Below, piece after piece: positions 11,102 through 21,941 of a stretch of DNA of 38,712 nt (positions are counted from its first letter, which is position 1; every line of letters begins with the position of its first letter). The notes beneath the pieces are model-generated. The model searched no databases, was not told the origin of the DNA, and was given only the letters and a program-made list of their open reading frames with translations. Source of the DNA: Octopus bimaculoides (Eukaryota); contig NC_068991.1 in assembly GCF_001194135.2 (NCBI RefSeq), forward strand, positions 34,615,508 through 34,654,219. Reading direction: 5' to 3'. Position numbers and translations under genes: made by a program.

Positions 11102-11504
11102 GAAAAATTTTGAATTATATTTATTGTTTGTCATTTAGTAACAACTTGTCAAAGATGGATCTAATCTTTCTAGCAAACATTAATTCTACAGGTGACATTC
11201 CAGATGGGGTATTCAGATTAGGTGTTACTTAGTACACTCTTAGAAATTGTTGAAGTGCTAGGTCATCCATTATTTCATTGTTTGCCTTTTTTAAAGCCCT
11301 CTTAAAAGTTTCAACAAAATGCTCCGCTTGTCTATTTGACTTAGGATATATATATATACTAAACCATGATTTTAAGATGAAGTTTGTCCCATCTAAGAAA
11401 TTAGGACATGCTGATTGTTTATCAAAATTGTTTATCAAGGGATTCCTTTTTCGACCCATACATAGATAATAATAGATGATGATCAGTTTGTAATTGAAAA
11501 TTTC

Positions 11505-12432
11505 GGTGCTTCTTTAGGAGTGCACCTCTCCAAGGAAATGAGGCCTAGTTTCTAAAAAGATTATGAAAATAAATGAAGTATGCAAAAAATTAGGAAAATT
11601 CATCCATTTTTAAATATTTTATACTAAAAAATAAAACATGGAAAACAGGCACTCGCGAATATAAACGAACATGTCAGACGATACAAGGGGCGGTAACTGG
11701 TATCAGATATTAATGATACATGGGGCCTGACAATAACGTTTGCAAATTTTAATCAGATTTTTTACTGCACACACTGGTTAGGGTTAGGGTTAGTTGCAGG
11801 GTTTGGGTTAGTTTTAGGGTTAGGGGACTAGCAGGGTTAGGGTTAGGTGGTGTGCACTCACTTTACCTTCGCCCATTTTATGATGTGATACATAACAGAA
11901 ATAATTATAAGACAATAGAGTAAATATGTTTTTAAGACGTATACAAGTAAAGGCATTCCACAACAAATTTCTTGTCTTGATAGTAATCCAAATTTTCTAC
12001 ACTAGTCAATGGCCTTTTTCGTTGTTCCCAAGTCTCTTCCCAGACGAAATAAGGTTACAGCATTAAAAATTTCCCGTTCAGGCACAAAATTTGACATAAT
12101 AGTATATATTAGTTATAAACTGACTTTTAAGAAAAAGATTGTGAAACAGTCTTCTCACAATTCGCAGATGATATTGTCGGGCCCCTTGTATCATTAATAA
12201 TATCTGACTGGTAAAAGTAAGTTACCACCCCTTGTATCGTCTGACATGTTTGTTATATTCGCGAGTGCCTGTTTTCTGTTTGTTTTATTTTTTAGTATAA
12301 AATATGTAAAAATGGATGAATCTTCCTTTTTTGCATACTTCATTTATTTTGGATATATTTCCCCATTTTCATAATTTTTTTTTAGAAATTAGGCGTCATT
12401 TTCTTGGAGAGGTGTGCTTCTAAAGAAGCACC
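11505..12432. mobile_element. Non-autonomous long-TIR DNA transposon (Merlin- or MULE-like), 8-bp TSD, internal TTAGGG repeats
   Basis: Termini GGTGCTTCTTTAG...CTAAAGAAGCACC. TIRs ~240-270 bp (11505-~11745, ~12160-12432). TSD AAAATTTC at 11497-11504 and 12433-12440. Removing it restores Gypsy RNase H HRRNFQLQTDH. Confidence 0.85.
11778..11848 (+). repeat. Degenerate interstitial (TTAGGG)n tract
   Basis: GGTTAGGGTTAGGGTTAG..TTTTAGGGTTAGGGG..AGGGTTAGGGTTAGG. Confidence 0.9.
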
Positions 12433-13471
12433 AAAATTTCTCCTGTGTAAAAATCTATGAAATTTTCTATGGCAAAAATAATTGCTAAAGCCTCTTTTTC
12501 AATTTGGCTGTAATTTTTTTCTGCAGATAGTAGTGAATTTGAGGAATGAACCATGACCTTCATGTTACCATCTTCATATTTCTGTAGAACTACTGTTCCG
12601 ATACTGTACTCACTTGCATCTGAAGCTATTACAATCTCTACTGCAAGATCAAAAATATGCTAAAGACAAATCAGATGTTAATATCTTTTTAATTTAGTGG
12701 AACTCTTACCTTGTGTGTATTTGGTATATAAATTTGGTCATAGTTTGCAAGTCCCAAAAAGCTTGTAAGATAAATACATTTGTTGGAGGGGGCATATTTT
12801 TAATCACAACTGCCCTCAACGGATATGGTTGACGACCATTTTTATCAATGATTTGTCCTAGATATTTAATTTTAGGTAGGAAAAATTCACATTTCTCCTC
12901 ACTTAGTGTAAAACCATAATCTCATATTTTTTTCAAACACATTTTATATGCTAGACATGCTGATCACAGGATTCACTTTTAATTAGTACATCATCTAGGT
13001 AGGCCACCACGAAGTCACACTCTGCAAGCATCGTATCCATCACTTGTTGAAATATAGCTGGAGCAAATTTTATGCCAAATGGAAGCCAGTTAAATTTGTA
13101 CAGATTTTTATGGGTATTAATTGTTAGAAGTTTGGTACATTTGTCTTCCACTTGTATTTGTAAGTATAAGAAAGATTTAATTTCAAGAACACTTTACCAC
13201 CATTTAGTTTCAGATTTCCTTTGGGCTTGGTAATGCGTAGTTATACAGTCTTAAACAGTCGTTTAGTCCCGTTGAGAAATCTGCACATATATGAATTTTA
13301 TTGTTCTTCTTTTTAACATACACTGTTGGAGATGCCCCAAATGAGTAGTTGATCTTTTCAATCGCTCCCATTTTTTTCATCAGTCTAATTACTTCTTCAC
13401 TTGTTCCAGTGCTGCAAACAGTACATTATGTTTGGGTTTGAAAACTGGTAATGAATTTTCTTTTACCTGAA

Positions 13472-14344
13472 GGCAGATTGCTTGATGCCTGTGTGTGAAC
13501 AACTATGTTGCATGGCAGCGAAACATGGGCTATAACAGCCAAGGACATGCCTACGCTTGAGAGAACTGAAGCCAGTATGTTGCACTGGATGTGCAATATC
13601 AGTGTGCATGTTCGACAGAGTGTAAGCATCTTGAGAGAAAAGTTAGAATCAGATGTGGTGTGCGAGAGAGACAACTGTGCTGGTATGGCCATGTGATGCA
13701 TATGGATGAGGACAGTTGTGTAAAGAAGTACCAATCTCTAACTGTGGAGGGAACCTGTGGTAGAGGTAGCCCAGGAAGACATGGGACAAGGTGGTGAAGC
13801 ATGACCTTCAAACTTTGAACCTCACAGAGGCAATGACTAGTGACCGAGACCATTGGTGATGTGCTCTGCTTAAGAGGACCTGTTAAGCCAAGTGCACCCG
13901 TGCTGGTGGCATGCAAAAAAAAAAAAAAAATTCAACCTTTGAACATTGGGCTTCATGGAGGCAAAGTGGCTGAGTTCCTTTTGAGTAGTGGCTCACAGAA
14001 GCGAGGTGACTGAGCTCCTTTTGAGTGTTGGGCCTCACAGAGGCAATAACTAAGACCTTTAGCATTATGCCATGCTTGAGAAGAAGACCTATCAAGTTGA
14101 GCAAAATCACAGTCGTGGCAGATACCGGTATCACACAAATGACACTCATGCAGGTGGCACATAAAAGCACCCATTACATACTTGGAGTGGTTGGCGTTAG
14201 GAAGGGCATCTAGCCGTAGAAAACCATGCCAAATCAGACTGGGTCCTGGTGCACCCTTCCAGCATACCAGCACAGTCAAACCGTCCAACCCATGCCAGCA
14301 TGGACAATAGACATTAAATGACAATGATGATGATGATGATGATG
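13472..14344 (+). mobile_element. RTE LINE copy C, short 3' fragment, inserted between Gypsy protease and RT
   Basis: MLHGSETWAITAKDM, ERQLCWYGHVMHMDEDSCVKK, EGTCGRGSPG, 3' UTR and (GAT)n tail. Gypsy KAKFQ|VKENSLPVFKPK rejoins when it is removed. Confidence 0.93.
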
Positions 14345-15540
14345 AAATTTGGCTTTAGATTTATTGCATCGACCCAACTCGTCCAAAAAAAACATCAGGA
14401 AACAACCTTCACACTTCTTTTTAAAAATTTTCTGATTCTGTATTTGAACTGGCATACAACCCAATTACATTTTTACAAAAATTATTTATGGGTAAATCCC
14501 ATTAGTTGAACAGTCCCATCCAGTCAGTTCCAAAAAGGTTGCTTGTATTTTTTAATACATATGTTTTTGCTTTCATAGTCTTACTGTGAAATATAATGTT
14601 ACTAAGAATTTTGCCTTTAAAAATTAATTTAATCCCTGAGACTCCATATGCAATCTTTGAGGTTTTCTGTAGTATGTTTTTCCGATTTTTTTCCATGTGT
14701 TTTCATTAACTGAAATAATGTCACTACCTGTATCTGACTGTAATTTTACATTTGTATTATTAATTTTTACATACACAAATTTCATATGAGTCTCCTTTGC
14801 ATTTCTTGTCACCAATAAATTGTTTACATGATTTTTTTCTGTTGAACCGTTTTCTAGATTTTGTTTTACTGTGTGATTTTGCGGGACCTATCTTACCACA
14901 CTTGAAGCATTTTCAATTTTTATAAGGGAAGTTGAATCTGTAGTGTAATTCTCCACATCCAAAACATGGGTTAATTTTCTACTTTTCATTACTTACTTTT
15001 AGTTAAGCCGATTGTATATGTGAACAGTTTCTTCAATTTGTTCCATATCGTGTCTTAGGTTTATCTGGCATTCCTCAGATATTTCTTGGAGTGTTAGCTT
15101 CTGCTTCTGCTCTAATCTAGTCAGAATTCAGTTATGAATTTCTTCATCTTTCTTTGTTGTTAAACCTTGCATGAAAATTAAACATTTAAATATGTCTGGT
15201 GTTAATTCATTAATTTTAAATCTCTTGCATTCCCTATTAATGATTCCAGCATATGTAATAAAATCTTCATCCTCTTTTTTTCTAATGTTCATGCATTGTC
15301 AGTGCATATCAAATAAAGAGCTTTTCTCACTGAAAATTTTTGATAAAATATCCACAGTTTCTTCAAAACAGACTTCACCTGGCCTCTTTGGTAATATATA
15401 ATTGCAATACTTTTCATGCTTGGTTGGTGCCAGAGCATTCTTCTTCAAAAATTTCCTCATACCTTCTAATGTAAGCAGGAAAAGTAGTACCCTCATCTGG
15501 GTTATATGCAAACTCTCTGATGGAGTTTGCAACTGAATCA

Positions 15541-15596
15541 GGGGTGAACAAACTTGATGTATTTTCTAGGGGTGAACAAACTTGATGTATTTTCTG
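15541..15596. repeat. 29-bp tandem duplication in Gypsy gag
   Basis: GGGGTGAACAAACTTGATGTATTTTCT twice. Confidence 0.95.
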
Positions 15597-15757
15597 TCTT
15601 GTTGAATAGCAGTTGTACTAAGAGTTGTTATTGCTTCTGCAATTCTAACAACTGCTGTTCTTGTTGCTGCTATTGCTACTGTTTCTGTAATTCAATTACA
15701 GAAGCTAGTAAATCTTCCATGTTGAAACAGTAACCAGTCCAGCATGGGCTCGAATAG

Positions 15758-15768
15758 TCTTGTTGCCA
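15758..15768 (-). promoter_or_regulatory. Primer-binding site of the Gypsy element
   Basis: TGG-initial 11-mer 4 nt inside the 5' LTR. Priming tRNA not identified. Confidence 0.65.
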
Positions 15769-15772
15769 AAAA

Positions 15773-16045
15773 TGTTATGAAGACGATGTTGTGCATGTTG
15801 GGTGTAGAATAGTATTATCCAAATAAATATTTGGTAATGATTACCTAGAATAACCTTTCGCAATATTAATATGTTCACACACAACACACTCCCTACTACA
15901 CCAAATGTAGTTATAATATTAAATTAACACCAATATGGACAAGCAATACTGTCAACTACTCACAATTCACATAGTTGCTTTATTTTATTGAAATGCATTA
16001 GTCCACCTTCAGTCACGTGGGGGTGGTCAGGATCCATCCACAACA
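15773..16045 (-). repeat. Gypsy 5' LTR (273 bp, TGTT...AACA termini)
   Basis: TG..CA ends and internal AATAAA. Followed on the minus strand after 4 nt by a PBS-like TGGCAACAAGA, then the gag ATG at ~15720. Confidence 0.85.
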
Positions 16046-16149
16046 GTGTGATGGAACCTGTCAAGCTCATGTATCTGGTGATGGTATGCTACTCACACTA
16101 CTCTGTTTCACAACCACAGAGTAGTGTATGCTGAGCCTCAGGATATAAC

Positions 16150-17250
16150 TGATTGTGAAAGATAGGATTTGATAGGAGACCCAAAGGCTCTGTGAGCTGT
16201 TCATAGTTGATTGGTAATGTGATCATCAAAGGAGAAGGAATTGGACAAGTTACTGCCAAAACAGGTGAAAGATGAGGCTCCTTTCACTGGTTCACCATAA
16301 ATAGCAAAGCAAAACATTTTGCAAGTGCAAATAAGAATATCAGAGATGATTTGGAGATCAGCTTCAGTTAGAGATGCAACATTTTCATCAATATATTGTA
16401 GTTCACAGATAATGTAGTAGATCTAAGAATTTTGGCTTTGAGTTACTGGAAGTTGAACGATAATATCAAATTTGGAATCACAATGGATTTTCATTAATGC
16501 AGCATTCCTATACATTGAAAACAGTGTAGGTACAAGTAAGCAACCCTGTTTAACACCATTGCAGGTATCAAATTTGGAGTAAGATCAGCATGGCAAGACA
16601 TACTTCTTTTATGCCAGTATGAAATGGTCTGGGTATGTGAATCTCTCAAGTATTTTCTATGAGATGTGTTTTGGGACTGTGTCAAGGATTTTAACTAGAT
16701 CATAGAAGATAAAAAGAAAAACACCAATTTTAATTGCCTTTTCTTGGAATTGCCCAGTAACAAAAATCTTATCAGTTGTGCTTTGAGAATGGAAACTCTA
16801 CTGAAATTCTGGCAAAGTTGGTTTGGAAAGTTGAATGAGCCAATTTAACACTACCTGAGATAGGACCTGGTTAGAGAATGATAATAGAGAGATACTTTTA
16901 TAATGTCCTCATATCCTACAGTTCCCCTTTTTGAAGACAGTGATACTATGTGGTACATAGTACAAACAAAGATATCATAGAATAATACAAAATATTCTTC
17001 CCTGCTTGTACAGCTCAGCAGGAATAGAATTGGAGCTAGGAGCTTTGTAGTAATGCAGCTGACAGATGGCAGTGTCCATTTTCTATCAAAACAGTGGAGT
17101 TGTCATTCATATCTGCTAAAGGAATGTGGAAAGACCAGCACAGAAATCATGAGACCATTGGTAGTCAGTTTAAGAGGTTGCCAAAGTGATCAGATTAACA
17201 TTTCAAAATTACTTTATTATTTGTCAAAATACTGCTGATTCAGCTGTCAT
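16150..17250 (+). mobile_element. Possible very old L1/Tx1-like fragment
   Basis: Only scattered motifs: FTWF, SYWKLNDN (~16440), TEILAKL (~16800), PFSIK (~17078). No clear catalytic motif recovered. Confidence 0.3.
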
Positions 17251-17479
17251 TAGTGTTAGTCCTATGCACAGACAGCAGGGTAGCAGTCATGCATGAAATG
17301 ACAGACAGCATAACTTTGAATTTGGCTTGCCACCAATCATTTTTGGTTCTACTAATTTGTGCTTGAGTATATACACTGAAGCAATGGTAATTAGTTTTTT
17401 TAGTTTCAGATCAAAGGTTGTTTACTCAAAGTTTTGCTGAGTAGGTGTTGAGATGAGCATGCAGATTTCAGTGTTATTT

Positions 17480-18600
17480 TTATCCAACCAACCTCAATGT
17501 GTGTGGCCTGATAACCCTACTACCTATTGTTGCTGCCAAAGCAATACCAGGAGTTACTAACACTCTTCATACACCAAAAGAAAGGACCACAGCTGACTAT
17601 GAAAGACTACGACTAATATATCTCAGCAATCAGATCAGCTTCCCATCATCTCAATTATTTCAATACCATGGATATGGGGCTTTGAAGACCAAGTACTCTG
17701 TTGATCACATTTACAAGGCTTATTCCACATTAATCCAACTAATGAATGTTTATAAGATCTCAACTCAATCTCCAAAATCTAATGGCTATCCATGAGGAGT
17801 TACAGGGACAACATCGACACATCTGAAATCTTGGAAACTAACTGGGAACATAAGCAATGAAAGTATAAAGGCTGCCTTTATGGTAAAACAGAGACAACAC
17901 CAGAATCTGGCAGCTGCTTTTTATGACAAAGTAACCCTGTTCAGAGAAACACTGTGCTCCCTATGTCAAGGATGGATCAAGAAAAAAAAAAAGAATAAAG
18001 AAATGGTAGTCTCTACTTCCTTAATAGAAAACCACATCCAGTGGGATATCTATTTTGTGGTCACAACAATTTATACTACTCTTCTGACTGCTAGAAAATT
18101 TGACTTCATTAGAGGACAGATCAACAGTCCAAAATGATAAACTGCTTTTATCTACCCAACAACTGGCAAAGTTTATTGTCAACATGAAACCAGATTAGGA
18201 GAGGAAGGAGAGATTTTAGACACTGATTTTTACACATACATAAATCAGAACTATCTCACAAGTGACAGTAATATTGCATGCATTGGTAATATGAATGAAA
18301 CTAGACTAACAAAGGATACATCAGTAGACTCTGGAAAGTATGAAAGTCAGAACAGTCTGCACTCAATAAAACTGAAACCCATAATACTTTTGCAGTGCAA
18401 GTGTGAGTACCAACATTTGGGGTATTAGTTTGGACACTCGAAAAGATCTGCAACTTGGACATCAAGACTACAGATACCAAGGACAGTTAACTTCTACATA
18501 AACAGTGAAATTGACAGAATCTATGTTAAAAGAAGTGGGTGGAAGCAGAGGTTTAAAGTCAGTTCAAATGGCCTTTGAGCTTTGCATAGTATCAAAGTAT
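17480..18600 (+). mobile_element. Second R4/Dong-like fragment, internally deleted
   Basis: HQNLAAAF; 18380-18590 gives [59 protein letters not shown]. 5' boundary uncertain. Confidence 0.7.
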
Positions 18601-18682
18601 GTCTTGTCTAAGACATACTGAATATTAAAGAGAGAAATGAGTATATCACGTGTACTTAACAGTAAAAATACATCTTGAGAGT

Positions 18683-18684
<2 letters not shown>

Positions 18685-18767
<83 letters not shown>

Positions 18768-18837
18768 CACACACACACATATATGAATATATACATATAT
18801 ATACATACGATATATACATACACACACACATATATAT
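18685..18837. repeat. (TA)n(TG)n(CA)n compound microsatellite
   Basis: Direct reading. Confidence 0.95.
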
Positions 18838-21375
18838 ACATCATCATCATCATTTGTCATTGTTTAACATCTGCTTTCCATGCTGGCATGGGTTGGACAG
18901 TTTCACTGAGGACTGGTAAGCCAAGAGGCTGCACTAAGCTCCAATCCGTTCTGGTAAGGTCTCTACAGCTGGATGCCCTTCCTAACACCAACTACTTTGA
19001 GAGTGTAGTGGGTGCTTTTTATGTTCCACTGGTACGGGGACCAGTCAGGCAGCACTGACATCAAACATGCTTGAATGGTGCTTTTTATGTGGTTGCATGG
19101 GTGCCAGTCAAGTGGCACTAACAATGGCCATAACAACGATTTCACTTGACTCAACAGGTCTTCTCAAGCACAGCATATTTCCCAACAATTGAAGAGTACT
19201 TTTAAACAGGCCAGTTATGCGACACTGGCATTGGCCACATTCTCATTTGGCTTGCCGGGTCTTCTCAAACACAGCATATCTCATTTTTCATGGCCTCTGT
19301 GAGACCCAATGTTCAAAGGTCATGCTTCACCACCTTATCCAGGTCTTCCTGGGTCTAACTCTTCGTCAGGTTCCTTCCACTGTTAGGGAAAGACACTTCT
19401 TCATGTAGCTCTCCTCATCCATATGCATCACATGACCATACCAGTGAAGTCGTCTCTCTTGCACACCATATCTGATACTTCTTATGTCCAACTTTTCTCT
19501 CAGGGTGCTTACACTCTGTCATGTATGCACACAGACATTACACATCCAACAAAGCATACTAGCTTCATTTCTTTCAAGCCTACGTACGTCCTCAGCAGTC
19601 ACAGCCCATGTTTCACTGCCTTGTAGCATGGCTGTTTGCACACATGCATCGTACAATCTGCCTTTCACTCTGAATGAGAGACCCTTTGTTACCAGCAGAG
19701 GTAGGAGCTTTCTGAACTTGGCCCAGGCTATTCTTATTCTAGCAGATACACTCTCAGAGCATCAACCTCTGCTACTGACTTGGTCACTTAGGTAACGGAA
19801 GCTATCAACTACTTCTAGTTTTTACCACTGCTATCTGTTTTATATATCTCTTCAGTGTTTATTGCACCTGTGCATTTGCCACACACAAAAACCATCTTCT
19901 CGGTTAACCTTCCTTTGATATTGCTACACCTCTTATGTGTCCATAACTTACACTGGGTATATCTTATGAAATTTCTACCTGTGCCTTTTCTACAGATCAA
20001 GCAGGACCATCTACCTGAAGGAATTTGTGATTTAAGACTTTAGTTTTTGCTAGATTGATTCTAAGGCCCTTTGATTCCAGACCTTGCTTCCACACCTGAA
20101 ATTTCTCCTCTAGTTCTGGTAGTGACTTGGCAATTAAAGCAAGATCATCAGCATAGAGGAGCTCCCAGGGGCAGCCTGCCTTGAATTCCTCTGCTATTGC
20201 CTGGAGGACTATGATGAATAAGAGGGGCTGAGGACTGATCTTTAGTGAACCCTTACTTCTACCCAGGATTCTTCACTACATTCGTTGCCAACCCTCACCT
20301 TACTGACAGCATCCCTGTACATGACTTGCGCAACGCTCACCAACCACTCATCTATCCTTAGTTTCCATATTGACCACCAGATAAGGTATTGGGGGACCTT
20401 GTTAAAGGCTTTTTGCATGTCAATGAAAGCCAAGTACAGAAGTTTATCTTTGGCTAGGAATTTCTCTTGCAGAAATATAGCATCAGTGGTGCTTCTCTCT
20501 AGCACTGATCCAAACTGCATCTCATCTAAACTAACTCTCTCCCTAATTAGTTGGGTAATGACCCTCTCTGTGAGTTTCATCACCTGGTCCAACAATTTGA
20601 TACCTCTGTATGCATCCTTCGTGTATCACCTGGTTGACTATACAGGTGACTAGACTATAGCCTACACCACCAGATATTTTAAGCATCTCAACAGTGATTC
20701 CTTATGGGCTCAGGGTTTTCCCTCTCTTCATACCCTTAATTACTTTATCTACCAAGGTACTGTCAATTCGGATAGCTGGACCCTCTGTTGGGTCAACATT
20801 TGGCAAACTCTCTGCCATTCATTCTCTTCATTTAGCAGCCTTTCATAGTAGTGTCTCCAAGTCTCTCTCCTTGCAGCATCATTAAATGCAAGTGAACCAT
20901 CATCCATGCAGACACATTTCTCACCTATGACATCATGATTTTCTCTCACACACTATCTTGCAATACAAAACACTTCAAGTCTCTGGTCCTCACACCCAAG
21001 AACATTGGTCAAGTTTTTCTTATCTGCTTCCTCTCTGGCTAGGTAAACCTGTTTCCTAGTTTTCCTTCTGGAAATCTGATACAATTCCCTGCTACCACCA
21101 CAGTTCCAGTCCTTCCAGGCCTGTTTCTTTTCCCTAATAGCCCTGTCAACTACATTGTTCCACCACCATGTTACCCTAGGTTGAGAGGGGACTCTGCACC
21201 AGCCACAGATCTGGTCGGTAGCCCTCAACAGGTTATCCCGTAGGAACCTCCAGTTGTCCTCCACATCATGTGATGCTATATCCTCCTCTTTTTCCTCAAA
21301 AGCTTCAAGTAATACATCTTTAAATCTCTGTCCATTCAGAGGAGCCTTAAGGTTCCATTCCCTTTGTCCAACCTA
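18838..21375 (-). mobile_element. RTE LINE copy D, 5'-truncated, longest RT-containing copy
   Basis: EDNWRFLRDNLL..WWWNNVV, RHYYERLLN, QFGSVLERSTTDAIF, AFIDMQKAFNKVP, LLYADDLALIA (~20150), PHD insert, FRYLSDQV, YDACVQTAMLQ. (GAT)n tail at 18838. Confidence 0.95.
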
Positions 21376-21860
21376 GGTTTGTCATCTTTTTTCACAAAGT
21401 TTCACATTTCACAGCAACAATTCCATTGCTTTCGGTGTAAACAAAAAAAAGGCCCTTTTCAGGGCCACTTTACATGCAATTGTTACACCACCTGAGAATG
21501 CCTTACAGCCCTTTTTATCAAACTGCTATTATTGCGAGTGCGACAAAAAAGCCCTTTTCAGGGATACTTCACCCATGATTGTTACACCATGTGAGAATGC
21601 ATTAAAGCCCTTCTCAGGACTTCATATCACACTGTTACTGCTTGGCTTCAGCAGTACCTGGCGACCAATTTTGTTACAATAAGCGATCAATTTTGTTACA
21701 ATTTGGTGTTGATATTATTTATGACATAGGAAATTTACTAAGTATCAAAAACATTGTAGTATTTGAATCCCGAGCAATGCCAGGTACATCTGGTAGGGTA
21801 TCCTTTTCTTGTTTACACCACCTGTCCTCGTCTGTTGTTGATTTTTTTTCGTTCATTCTC

Positions 21861-21874
<14 letters not shown>

Positions 21875-21906
<32 letters not shown>

Positions 21907-21930
21907 ATACACACATATATATACATACAC
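21875..21930. repeat. (TA)n/(CA)n microsatellite
   Basis: Direct reading. Confidence 0.95.
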
Positions 21931-21941
21931 ATATCTATGTA

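Larger units (their letters stand above)
8355..16045 (-). mobile_element. Ty3/Gypsy LTR retrotransposon, decayed, with three nested insertions
   Basis: Minus-strand order: gag (15700-15000), knuckle-like CFGCGELHYR..CFKCGK (~14890-14965), protease QSDTGSD (~14730), RT (PFGIKFAPAIFQ, YLDD ~12995), RNase H (ASDASEY, NYSQIEKEALAIIF 12440-12660), integrase (SNRQAEHFVETFKRAL ~11300, C-terminus 8650-8958). Homologous LTRs at both ends. Confidence 0.9.

Noticed and set aside
11778-11848. True telomere or chromosome-fusion site
   Set aside because: Short, degenerate, single orientation and enclosed within a TIR element that has a TSD.
21440-21640. CRISPR-like array
   Set aside because: Eukaryotic context, only 2-3 degenerate units and no unique equal-length spacers.
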